Assembly: GCA_039589615.1 (NCBI GenBank)
Contig: JBDHHA010000002.1
Location: forward strand, 25,190-89,189
Source of the DNA: Gemmatimonadota bacterium
GTDB lineage: Bacteria > Gemmatimonadota > Gemmatimonadetes > Gemmatimonadales > GWC2-71-9
Length of the DNA: 64,000 nucleotides
Direction of reading: 5' to 3'
In this document: piece after piece, positions 40,128-49,067 of the stretch
How positions within the stretch are numbered: the stretch's first letter is position 1
Layout of the letters: every line of letters starts with the position of its first letter
Notes under the pieces: model-generated
The model's input: only the letters and a program-made list of their open reading frames with translations
Told to the model about the DNA's origin: nothing
Database searches by the model: none
Translations under genes and position numbers: made by a program

Positions 40128-40487
40128 TCAGGCAGGATCGCTCAGCAGCTTACGGGCTTCAGCCTCGTCGACGAGCGCCTTGAGGCGACGAGCTTCCGCT
40201 GCGGCGACCCGCCTTCCCGTAGCCGTGATACGGTAGTAGCGGCGCCGAATCCCGTCTGATTCCCGGGCGGCCGGGTTGGCGGCCTCGGCAATGAGACCGA
40301 CGTCTATCAGGCGGTTGAGCATTGCATAGAAGTTGCCCGGCACGAGCTTGATGCGTCCATCGGTTCGGTCCGAGATGTCTTGGACGATCCCGTACCCGTG
40401 ACGCTTTCCGTCCAACAGCACCATCAGGACGTGAAAATCCACGGGCTTCAACGGGAGGAAGTCCTCGGGAGCGGATGGGTGCTTCAC
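40128..40487 (-). CDS. PadR family regulator
   Basis: PLKPVDFHVL, HGYGI, PGNFY, RRRYYRIT. Confidence 0.92.
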   Translation of the reverse strand: MKHPSAPEDFLPLKPVDFHVLMVLLDGKRHGYGIVQDISDRTDGRIKLVPGNFYAMLNRLIDVGLIAEAANPAARESDGIRRRYYRITATGRRVAAAEARRLKALVDEAEARKLLSDPA

Positions 40488-40532
40488 GGGATCCCCCTTC
40501 GGCGGCGGCCGCGGGGCCGTCCCCGGCCGACC

Positions 40533-40564
40533 ATACTGGAAATCAGCATACTGGTTTTCAGTAT
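40533..40564. promoter_or_regulatory. Tandem putative PadR operators
   Basis: ATACTG-gaaat-CAGCAT and ATACTG-gtttt-CAGTAT at 15-bp period. Confidence 0.7.
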
Positions 40565-40602
40565 AACACCGACCCGGTCCGCGGAGTTCCCGTGAGTGTT
40601 CG

Positions 40603-41493
40603 TCAGGTGGGAGGGAGTCCCAGGAGCCGTTCCAGTCCGGCGCTCTTCAGGGCGTCTTCTTGAACCCGCGTGGTTGTCTCGTTGATCTCTCGAATCCCGT
40701 CACCAGTTGCACCGACGACCGTCCGCAACGGCCGGCGGCCGGCCGGGGTCTCGATGAGGCCGACGATAGCGTCGGCCACCTTCCGGGGATCGGGGGCATC
40801 CCCACTTGTCACGAATGCCTCCAGGCCGCCGAGGACCTGCGCCTCCAGCGCCGCGAGGACATCGTAGTCCACCAGACGGTTCTCGTCGCCGGGGCGGACT
40901 TGTTTTTGGAAGATTGGTGTGGGGAATGCGCCGGGTTCGACGATGACGGAATCCACCCCGAGCGGTGCCAACTCGTAGCGATATCCCTCCGCCAGGGTCT
41001 CGAGGGCGCTCTTGGTGGCGGCGTAGGGCACGCTGAACGGGAACGGTGTGCGGGCGGCGACACTGGACACGTGGACGAGGAGCCCCGATTGGCGGGCCCG
41101 CAGGTTGGGAAGGACGGCGCGGTTCACCCGAAGGGCGCCGTAGACGTTGACGTCGAAGATCTCGTGGATCTGTCGGACGGGATATGCCTCCAGGGGCCCG
41201 CCGGTGAACACGCCGGCGTTGTTGACCACGGCGTCGAGGCGATCGGCCTCGGCAAACACGGTATCGACCGCGGCCCGCACCGAGGCGTCATCGGTGACGT
41301 CCATGTTCAGAGGCTCGATCGTTCCGGGCAATGACGTCGCGAGATCTCGCAGCATCGTGGCTGCCTGGAGGTTGCGATCCGCCGCGTGCCGCAGTCCGGC
41401 GAATACGCGGTGGCCCCGTGCGGCCAGACCCTCCGCCGTGAGCCGGCCGAACCCGCTGCTGGAGCCCGTGACGAGTATCGTCTGTACGTTCAT
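40603..41493 (-). CDS. SDR family oxidoreductase
   Basis: TGSSSGFG, NNAG, YAATK, VEPG. Confidence 0.93.
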   Translation of the reverse strand: MNVQTILVTGSSSGFGRLTAEGLAARGHRVFAGLRHAADRNLQAATMLRDLATSLPGTIEPLNMDVTDDASVRAAVDTVFAEADRLDAVVNNAGVFTGGPLEAYPVRQIHEIFDVNVYGALRVNRAVLPNLRARQSGLLVHVSSVAARTPFPFSVPYAATKSALETLAEGYRYELAPLGVDSVIVEPGAFPTPIFQKQVRPGDENRLVDYDVLAALEAQVLGGLEAFVTSGDAPDPRKVADAIVGLIETPAGRRPLRTVVGATGDGIREINETTTRVQEDALKSAGLERLLGLPPT

Positions 41494-41573
41494 GGTCCCT
41501 GTCTGTGGCTGAATTCACCCACCGGAGGCGGTCCCGAACGGTAACGAGTTGGATGGGGGTTGCGAAGAGACGG

Positions 41574-44500
41574 CTAGGCGAGATGACTCGCCAGGGTATC
41601 GGCCGCAAACAGCTGCGGTGAGTCGGGGGGGACGGCCTTACAGAAGAAATGGCCCTGGGCCCGCTCACACCCCAGCTCACGGAGCTTGGCGAGGTGCTCG
41701 GTCGTCTCGACGCCCTCGGCGATGACCTCCATGCCGAGTTCGTGAGCCAGGGTCACGATCGATTGGACGATCTCCACGTTCTTTTCGTCGTCGAGCATGG
41801 TCCGCACGAACGAGCGGTCGATCTTGAGGGTGTCGATGGGGAAGCGGTGCAGGTAGCTCAGCGAGGAGTAGCCGGTTCCGAAATCATCGATCTGGAGTTG
41901 CACGCCGACGGAACGCAGCTCCTCCAGCATCTCCGCCGCGGACGCAGCGTTTTCCATGACGACGCTCTCGGTGATCTCGAGGCCGAGGCGTTTCGGCTCG
42001 AGGCCGACGCGCTCGAGCGTGCTGCGGACGTGGTCGACCAAGTCCGGCTGCCGGAACTGGCGTCCCGACAGGTTCACGTGCATGGACACGAGCCGTTCGG
42101 TGGGGAGGAGCGGCAGCCAATTCTTCATCTGCTGGCAGGCGCGCTCGAGAATCCAATAACCGATCGGAATGACGAGGCCGGTCTCTTCGGCGATGGGGAC
42201 GAAGATGTCGGGGGCGATCATGCCACGCTCGGGATGCTCCCAGCGCACGAGGGCCTCATATGCCACGATGCTGCCGTCCGCCAACGAGAGGATCGGTTGG
42301 TAGTACACACTGAGTTGGTCGCGTTCGAGGGCGCGTCGCAGATCGCTCTCGAGTTCGAGTCGCACGAGCACGTGATGGTGCATGTCCCCGTCGAAAACCT
42401 CATGGCGCGACTTGCCACGGGTCTTCGCACGGTACATGGCGAGATCCGCATCGCGGAGAATCTGCTCGGGACGCTCGTATTTCCGGGAGCTGGCGGCGAT
42501 CCCGATGCTCGCCGAGGTCACCACCTCGTGCTCACCGAGCCGCACCGGGTCCTTCAGCGACTCATGAATCCGGTCGGCGATGGCTGTCGCCTCTTCCAGA
42601 TCCTGCACGTCATCGAGGAGCACGACGAACTCGTCACCTCCGAGCCGCGAGACCGTGTCTTCCGGCCGCACGCACTCATGCAACCGCCGCGCGATGGCGA
42701 TGAGTAGCTGGTCCCCCAGGGCATGCCCGAGGCTGTCGTTGATGAGCTTGAAGCGATCGAGGTCGAGGAAGAGCACTGCGAAGAGGTGGTCACCACGGCG
42801 CGTGACGCGGTGCAACGCGTGACTTAGACGGTCGACCAAGAGGGCCCTGTTGGGGAGTCCGGTGAGCGCGTCGTGGAATGCATCGTGATGAAGGCGTTCC
42901 TCGATATGTTTGCGGTCGGTGATGTCCGACAGCGACCCCGCGATCCGATAGACCGCGTCGCTCTCGTCATGGAGGGCGCTGCCGCGGCACAGGAACCAAC
43001 GATACCCGCCGTCCTTGTGGCGCAGACGGTGTTCGCTCTCGAAGTGCTCGCTCGCACCCCCAATGTGGGCGGAGATCTTGGCCTGGAGGATGTCGATGTC
43101 GTCGGGGTGCACCCGGCTCAGCCAATCGTCCGGCGTCGAGCCGATACCATCGTCGGCGTAGCCCAGCATGGCCTTCCAACGGGACGAATAGTAGACCTCA
43201 CTCGATCTGAGATTCCAATCCCAGAGGCCGTCGTTGGCGCCACGGGCGGCCAGAGCATAACGCTCCTGGCTATCGCGCAGCGCCTTTTCACTCTGGCGGC
43301 GCAACGTGATGTCCCGCACGGCGATCGTGATTCCCCCGTCCTCGAGGCGTGTAAGTGAGATCTCCTGCGGAGCCGTCGTGCCGTCCTGCCTCGTGCCGTA
43401 GCACTCGCCACGCCACTGGCCCTGGGCGAGCACAACGGGCATGATCTCCTCCTCGACGCGGGTCAGTTCGTCACCCGTGTAGAACATCTTCCAGCTCTTG
43501 CCGAGGAGTGCGGTCGCACTGGCGTAGCCGTAGATATGCACGATGGCGTCGTTCGCATACTCGACTCTGCCGTCGCGGTCGACAATCGCCATACCGTCCA
43601 TCGAGGCCTCGATGGCCGTCCACTGGCGCCGCATCACCTCATCGGCGGCTTTCCGCTCCGAAACGTCTCGTAGAATCCCGCGAAAGCCCTCGAGCTCGCC
43701 GTTCTTGTTGTGAATGGGTGAGACCGATCCTTCCACGCTCCGCCGGGTGCCGTCGCGCCGGATGATCTCCCAGTCCACGGCTCCCGAGGGCGCGCCGCCT
43801 CGGCTGATCCACTCGAAGAGTTCGTTGAGCTTTCCGGCGTTCTCGGCGTCCAGGTACTTGCGGCCGTCCATGCCGAGCAGTTCCTCGGGCCCATGGCCAA
43901 GGATCTTGCACAGCGCATGATTCAGGGCCACCAGCTTGCCCGACGAATCCAGCTCGTAATAGCCGTCGTCGATGTGATCGAGAATGGTGTGGGATTTCTC
44001 TTCGCTCTTTTGAAGCGCCCTTTCCGCGTTCTCGCGGTCGCTGATGTTGCGGTAGATACCGAATGCGGCGATCTCGCCACCGTTCACCTGAATCGGCGTA
44101 CGGGTGATCGAGACCGGGAGCGTGGTGCCGTCTTTGTGTTGGCGGACCGAATCCTTGCTCACGGTCTTACCTGTTTGGAGCGCCTCCCTCAGGAGGGTGC
44201 CGTCGGAGTTTCGGTCGGCGGGAATGATCAGATCTTGGACCGTCCGCCCGTGGGCTTCGTCCGCCGAATAGCCGAACATCCGCACGAACTCGGCGTTCCC
44301 GCGGAGCACCCGATCCTCGCGATCCATCAACGCGATGGCCTCGGGGGAGTGCTGGAACACCTGCTCGAGGAGCTCGGCCTCCCGCTTCATCACCTGTTGG
44401 CGCTCGGCCCCTCGCACGAAAAGGACGACCGCGAGAAGGGCTGCTCCGCTCAGCGCGAGCTCGGCCACGGCGCCGGCCGCGCCGGTGCTGCCGAGGGCGG

Positions 44501-44663
44501 ACATCCCGCCGCTGCTCACTGCGAGCACGACCGGCGCCAGGGAGAGGGCCAACAGAGCGGTCATCGATGCGATGCGCCAGTCACGCATGCGCCACGAGCC
44601 GATTGCCGTCCACCCCAGCGCCAGGATCCGCAGGAGGGCCGAAATGATGAAGACCAGACTCAT
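41574..44663 (-). CDS. Membrane PAS-GGDEF-EAL protein
   Basis: N-terminal TMs, four PAS/PAC-like units, HDALTGLPNR, GGDEF, EAL, DDFGTGYSS. Confidence 0.94.
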   Translation of the reverse strand: MSLVFIISALLRILALGWTAIGSWRMRDWRIASMTALLALSLAPVVLAVSSGGMSALGSTGAAGAVAELALSGAALLAVVLFVRGAERQQVMKREAELLEQVFQHSPEAIALMDREDRVLRGNAEFVRMFGYSADEAHGRTVQDLIIPADRNSDGTLLREALQTGKTVSKDSVRQHKDGTTLPVSITRTPIQVNGGEIAAFGIYRNISDRENAERALQKSEEKSHTILDHIDDGYYELDSSGKLVALNHALCKILGHGPEELLGMDGRKYLDAENAGKLNELFEWISRGGAPSGAVDWEIIRRDGTRRSVEGSVSPIHNKNGELEGFRGILRDVSERKAADEVMRRQWTAIEASMDGMAIVDRDGRVEYANDAIVHIYGYASATALLGKSWKMFYTGDELTRVEEEIMPVVLAQGQWRGECYGTRQDGTTAPQEISLTRLEDGGITIAVRDITLRRQSEKALRDSQERYALAARGANDGLWDWNLRSSEVYYSSRWKAMLGYADDGIGSTPDDWLSRVHPDDIDILQAKISAHIGGASEHFESEHRLRHKDGGYRWFLCRGSALHDESDAVYRIAGSLSDITDRKHIEERLHHDAFHDALTGLPNRALLVDRLSHALHRVTRRGDHLFAVLFLDLDRFKLINDSLGHALGDQLLIAIARRLHECVRPEDTVSRLGGDEFVVLLDDVQDLEEATAIADRIHESLKDPVRLGEHEVVTSASIGIAASSRKYERPEQILRDADLAMYRAKTRGKSRHEVFDGDMHHHVLVRLELESDLRRALERDQLSVYYQPILSLADGSIVAYEALVRWEHPERGMIAPDIFVPIAEETGLVIPIGYWILERACQQMKNWLPLLPTERLVSMHVNLSGRQFRQPDLVDHVRSTLERVGLEPKRLGLEITESVVMENAASAAEMLEELRSVGVQLQIDDFGTGYSSLSYLHRFPIDTLKIDRSFVRTMLDDEKNVEIVQSIVTLAHELGMEVIAEGVETTEHLAKLRELGCERAQGHFFCKAVPPDSPQLFAADTLASHLA

Positions 44664-44868
44664 CTAATCACAATTACTCGGAGTTCGGAGCTCTATGCCG
44701 TGTTCACGGCCCGACGCGAGGTCGCCGGCGGGGGCCAACATGCCACAGCCGTACGGGTCTCCGCCAGACCGTCCGATCAATATCAGGGGCCTGAGGGGTC
44801 CAAGCTGTGATGTGGGTAGGATGCAAGAATTCTTCATGAAACAGCGAAACCTAGACTGCGGTTGTCCC

Positions 44869-44910
44869 GTATATATATCGATCAGTACATGTACTCGTTG
44901 AGATATATAC
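44869..44910. promoter_or_regulatory. 42-bp imperfect palindrome, putative PadR operator
   Basis: GTATATATATCGATCAGTACA / TGTACTCGTTGAGATATATAC, 17 of 21 positions symmetric. Confidence 0.7.
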
Positions 44911-44960
44911 TCTGAAAACGACGTAAACTTAAGTAGTGATTGAACTTACGGGAGTCTCCG

Positions 44961-45299
44961 GTGACCGAAGCAGACCAGCCGCCCCAGCTCAAACCCCAGT
45001 GGTTTCAGATCCTGCTGGCTCTCGCCGACCAGAACCTCCACGGGTACGCCATCATGACGGAGGTCCTGGACCGCACCCAGGGGCGGATGCGCCTCTGGCC
45101 GGGCATGCTCTACGGCTCGCTCAAACGGATGGCCGAGACCGGGCTCATCGAGGAGGTCGAGGAGCCCTCACCCGCGGACAATAAGGAAAGACGCTACTAC
45201 ACGATCACGCCCACCGGGCGCCGCGCCCTGGCGGATGAGGTGAGGCGCCTCGCGGAATTCGTGGAGGTGGCCCGCATGAAGGACGTGCTGCGTGGGTAG
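44961..45299 (+). CDS. PadR family regulator
   Basis: LKPQWFQILLAL, HGYAI, PGMLYG, RRYYTIT; GTG after GGAG. Confidence 0.92.
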   Translation: MTEADQPPQLKPQWFQILLALADQNLHGYAIMTEVLDRTQGRMRLWPGMLYGSLKRMAETGLIEEVEEPSPADNKERRYYTITPTGRRALADEVRRLAEFVEVARMKDVLRG

Positions 45300-48009
45300 C
45301 ACCGGCCGGGCCCTGTACCGCCTCCTGCTCCGCTGCTACCCGGAGGCTTTTCGCCGACGCTACGCCGAGGATATGGAAGTGGTGTTTGCCAAGGCCCTCC
45401 GGCGAGAGCGGGACCGCCGTGGGTGGGTGGGGGTGGTCTCGGCATGGCTTGGCGCGGCGGTCGACGCCGTCGCGCGCGGTGCCACCGAGCGCGGAGACGC
45501 CGCCCGGCGATCCTGGCGGACCCGGCGAACGAACACAAATCCAACGCTCACTCTGGGAGATCGCATGACGCTGTTGTGGCAGGATATCCGGTATGCCGTC
45601 CGCGGGTTCATCAGACGTCCGGGCTTTGCGGTCGTTGCTATGCTGACCCTCGCCATCGGCATCGGCGCCAACACGGCCATGTTCAGTGTGGTCAACGGCG
45701 CGTTGTTGCGACCGCTGCCGTATGAGGAGCCGGATCGACTGGCCCTCATCTGGGAAACGTTCGAGCGGGCCGGCATGGACGCGGTGCCTTTCTCGGAGGC
45801 CGATTTCCTCGACTACCGGGACCAAACCGAGACGCTGTCGCACATGGCCATGTTCCGCCGCCTGGAGGATGCCGTCCTCGTAGGTGATGGCGAACCGGAG
45901 GTCCTCAACGCCCAGATGGTAACGCCGTCGTTGTTCCCGATGTTGGGGGCGGGGGCGTTGATCGGACGGGTGTTCGACCCCGAGGAAGAAGAGCCGGGCA
46001 GGGACGCCGTGGCGCTGCTGAGCCACGCGTTCTGGCAGGATCGTTTCGGCGGCGCGGGGGATGTCGTGGGTCGGACGATCAATCTCAGCGAGAGAAGCTA
46101 CACCGTCGTGGGGGTGATGCCCCGAGATTTTCAATTTCCTCCGCCGGTGAGCTTCGGCGATCTGATGATCAGCTCACAGCCGGATCTCTGGGTGCCGTTC
46201 GCCCTCGACGGGGCGAATGCGGACCGCATGCGGCACGCGTTCTTCGTACTGGGCCGCGCCAAAGACGGAGTCGATTTGGCTCGAGTGGACACGGAGATGA
46301 GCGCGATTGCCGCCCGGGTCGCCGAAGCCAATCCCCAGACCAATACGGGAGTCGGGGCGCGTATCGTCCCGGTCCACGAGCAGTCGGTCGCGACCATTCG
46401 CTCCGCCCTGCTGGTCCTCCTCGCCGCCGTTGGATTCGTGCTCCTCATCGCCTGCACGAACGTGGCGAATCTGTTGCTGGCGCGGGCCGGCGGCCGGCAG
46501 CGAGAGATCGCCGTGCGCGTGGCGGTGGGGGCGGGGCGCTCCCGGCTGGTCCGGCAGCTCCTGACGGAGAGCATGTTGATGGCGTTCGCCGGGGGAGCGA
46601 TCGGATTCCTCTTCGCGGTGATCGGCACCAGAGCACTGTTTCGCCTCAATCCCATGGACCTCCCGGTCATGTTCGACACGGGATTGGATCTCCGAGTGCT
46701 GGCGTTCACCTTTGCCGTCACCGGGATCACCGGGATGGCGTTCGGTTTGATCCCGGCCCTGCAAACCACGAAGACCGATCTCCAGGCGGGTCTCAAGGAG
46801 GGAAGCCGCTCGACGACGGACCAGGGCCAGCTCCGGATGAAGAACCTCCTCATCGTGGGGGAGATCGCCGTGGCGCTCATGCTTCTCGTGGGGGCCGGTC
46901 TCATGATCAAGAGCTTCGATCGCCTGCAGAGCGTCGATCCGGGTTTCGATCCCGAGAACGTGCTCACGTTCCTGGTGCCATTGTCAGAGGCGAGGTATCC
47001 GGAAGCAGAGCAGCGGCGGGTGTTCATCGACGCGGTAGTGGAGAATATCGGTGGACTTCCCGGCGTGCATCGAGTCGGAGGTGTGACCAACCTCCCGCTG
47101 ACGGTGAACCGGACCGGTTCCTCCTACACGGTGGAGGGCGAGCCGCCCCCAGAGCCCGGGGAGTTCCGCATCGCCGAGTTCCGGACCGTCACGCCGGGAT
47201 ACTTCGAGGCCATGGGGATGCCGCTGCTGTCCGGCAGGGGGTTTTCGAATCTGGATGGTCCCGACGCCCAATCCGTGGTGGTAATCAACGAGACCCTGGC
47301 CGGTCGGCACTGGGACGGCGAGGATCCTATCGGCAAGCAGATCACCGGAAGCGTCAACGGAGACAACGGGCCCCACACGGTGGTGGGCATCGTGTCCGAC
47401 GTGCGGTTCTTCGGCCTCGACGTGCCGCCCGAGCCCATGATCTACCGGCCCAACGCCCAAGCTTCGAACCGGGGGATGTGGATCTCGGTGCGGGCGACGG
47501 GGAATCCCGAAGCGTTGGGGAACGCCTCTCGGCGGGCGGTCTGGCAGGTGGATCCCAACGTCCCGGTGGAGCAGATGGAGACCATGCGCTCTCGCTTTGC
47601 CGACTCCATCGCCAAGCCCCGCTTTACCGCCCAGCTGTTCACCGGATTCGGTTTGGTTGCCCTGTTTCTGGCGGCTCTGGGGATCTATGGCGTGATGTCG
47701 TTCGCCGTGGCCCAGCAGACAAAGGACATCGGGATCAGAATGGCGTTTGGCGCCGAGCCCGGGAAGCTTCTCGCGATGGTGTTGACCCGGGGACTCACCC
47801 TGGCGGGGGTCGGGGTCGGCCTTGGCCTCTTGGGCGCGTTCGGAGCCACTCGTTTGATGCAGAGCCTGCTGTACGATGTCAGTGCGACAGATCCAGGCAC
47901 GTTTGCCGCGGTCGGATCGGTGTTGCTGGGAGTCGCGGCCTTGGCCACCTATTTGCCGGCGCGGCGTGCCACGAAGGTGAATCCCGTGGACGCCCTGCGT
48001 GGGGAGTAG
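45292..48009 (+). CDS. ADOP-family duplicated permease with LYRLLLRCYPEAFRRRY N-terminal domain
   Basis: WQDIRYAVR, NVANLLLAR, REIAVRVAVGA, IGIRMAFGA, VNPVDALRGE. Confidence 0.93.
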   Translation: MGSTGRALYRLLLRCYPEAFRRRYAEDMEVVFAKALRRERDRRGWVGVVSAWLGAAVDAVARGATERGDAARRSWRTRRTNTNPTLTLGDRMTLLWQDIRYAVRGFIRRPGFAVVAMLTLAIGIGANTAMFSVVNGALLRPLPYEEPDRLALIWETFERAGMDAVPFSEADFLDYRDQTETLSHMAMFRRLEDAVLVGDGEPEVLNAQMVTPSLFPMLGAGALIGRVFDPEEEEPGRDAVALLSHAFWQDRFGGAGDVVGRTINLSERSYTVVGVMPRDFQFPPPVSFGDLMISSQPDLWVPFALDGANADRMRHAFFVLGRAKDGVDLARVDTEMSAIAARVAEANPQTNTGVGARIVPVHEQSVATIRSALLVLLAAVGFVLLIACTNVANLLLARAGGRQREIAVRVAVGAGRSRLVRQLLTESMLMAFAGGAIGFLFAVIGTRALFRLNPMDLPVMFDTGLDLRVLAFTFAVTGITGMAFGLIPALQTTKTDLQAGLKEGSRSTTDQGQLRMKNLLIVGEIAVALMLLVGAGLMIKSFDRLQSVDPGFDPENVLTFLVPLSEARYPEAEQRRVFIDAVVENIGGLPGVHRVGGVTNLPLTVNRTGSSYTVEGEPPPEPGEFRIAEFRTVTPGYFEAMGMPLLSGRGFSNLDGPDAQSVVVINETLAGRHWDGEDPIGKQITGSVNGDNGPHTVVGIVSDVRFFGLDVPPEPMIYRPNAQASNRGMWISVRATGNPEALGNASRRAVWQVDPNVPVEQMETMRSRFADSIAKPRFTAQLFTGFGLVALFLAALGIYGVMSFAVAQQTKDIGIRMAFGAEPGKLLAMVLTRGLTLAGVGVGLGLLGAFGATRLMQSLLYDVSATDPGTFAAVGSVLLGVAALATYLPARRATKVNPVDALRGE

Positions 48010-48265
48010 GGGGTATTCGGGACGGTGGACAGGGCGAAGCCTCCGAAAACAGGGCCTTTTGACGGGACAAGCCCCCGCCGCGAGGCACCAAACTCTCTCA
48101 TCGGAAATTCATGGGAGCTTCACAGATGCCCGAGGATATTGGTTTCGCACCAGGGGAATGTGAGGTTGGTCGTGCGGGCGGCACCGAAGGAGCATGACCG
48201 GCGCTGCAGCCTCGATTTCCTCTCACCCGGATAAATCTTCGGTGAGGTGCTAACCGGGTCACCAT

Positions 48266-48358
48266 AAAAAACTCCGTAGGGAGTTCGCAACCCCGTCCTG
48301 TGTCGCCCCAGGGTCGGGGTTGCTTCCTTGTGGGAGGGTCGGGTCGGACCCTCCCACA
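48266..48358 (-). terminator. Three consecutive hairpins ending in U-tract terminator downstream of small Cys peptide
   Basis: Stems 48329-48358, 48287-48323, and AACTCC-ctac-GGAGTT-TTTT (minus strand) at 48266-48285. Confidence 0.65.
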
Positions 48359-48366
48359 GGGCCTCT

Positions 48367-48459
48367 CTAACAGCACTCACCACCGCCGTCGCAGCCACCC
48401 CCGTCGTCGTCCGTCTCGGGTCCGCAGCAGGTCGTGGGCTGCAGTTTCGGGTTGGACAT
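48367..48459 (-). CDS. 30-aa Cys/Gly/Asp-rich microprotein MSNPKLQPTTCCGPETDDDGGGCDGGGECC
   Basis: ATG preceded by GGAGGTGATC; TAG stop; 5 Cys as CC..C..CC; followed by hairpins; not in ORF track (<60 aa). Confidence 0.75.
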   Translation of the reverse strand: MSNPKLQPTTCCGPETDDDGGGCDGGGECC

Positions 48460-48470
48460 GATCACCTCCG

Positions 48471-48491
48471 TTGGTTGTTAGTAGCAACTAT
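48471..48491. promoter_or_regulatory. Second copy of MarR palindrome upstream of microprotein
   Basis: TTGGTTGTTAGTAGCAACTAT, 15/21 identical to 49023-49043; minus-strand TATAGT overlaps it. Confidence 0.6.
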
Positions 48492-48508
48492 ACCTCCAAA
48501 AAAAACAC

Positions 48509-49012
48509 TCACTCCAGTGCCGGCTTGGTGCAGCACATTCCGCCGGACACCTCCACGCCGGCCGCCGCACCCTGTGCCAGACGCCGGAGCAACGTCGCGA
48601 GAGATGCCCGTGTTTCGGGGTCGAAATCGCGCAACAGACGCTTCTCTTGCTCGATGATGTCCCTCCGGATTCGGTCGTGGAGCTCGCGCCCCGCTGGGGT
48701 GACCACCAGCTGGATCGCCCGACGGTCCTCGGGGTGGGGGCGGCGCTCCACGTATCCCTTGCGATCGAGGGCGCTCACCACCCGGCTGGCCGTGCTCTTG
48801 TCGAGAAAGAGATCCGCGGCCATGTCGTTCAAGGTTGCGCCGGAGCGCTTGGTGAGGGCCTCCAGGGCATAGCACTGTGTGATGGAGAGATCGTGGCAAC
48901 AGATCCGGTCCCGGTCCCTGAACTGGTAGACCCGGATGAGGTCCGACAGGGCGTCGTACAGGGCCGCGGCATCCTGATCGAGCCGGGGATCGGCAGTCTG
49001 GGTATCAGTCAT
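48509..49012 (-). CDS. MarR family regulator with Cys motifs
   Basis: DRICCHDLSITQCYAL, LDKSTASRVV..L.RKGYVER, DRRA, C-terminal GMCC. Confidence 0.92.
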   Translation of the reverse strand: MTDTQTADPRLDQDAAALYDALSDLIRVYQFRDRDRICCHDLSITQCYALEALTKRSGATLNDMAADLFLDKSTASRVVSALDRKGYVERRPHPEDRRAIQLVVTPAGRELHDRIRRDIIEQEKRLLRDFDPETRASLATLLRRLAQGAAAGVEVSGGMCCTKPALE

Positions 49013-49022
49013 CGAACGCCTA

Positions 49023-49067
49023 ATAGTTGGTGCTACCAACTATATTGGTCAGGGCACACGGTGTCAA
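49023..49067 (-). promoter_or_regulatory. marR promoter with overlapping operator
   Basis: Minus strand TTGACA-N17-TATAGT; perfect ATAGTTGGT-gct-ACCAACTAT at 49023-49043. Confidence 0.8.

Noticed and set aside
48180-48230. GGCACCGAAGGAGCA resembling a glycine riboswitch segment
   Set aside because: Lacks upstream GGAGA and downstream CTCTCAGG, and no co-oriented gene follows
48367-48459. RiPP precursor interpretation of the Cys peptide
   Set aside because: No radical SAM, YcaO, LanM/LanC, peptidase or exporter gene adjacent; a distant modifier cannot be excluded
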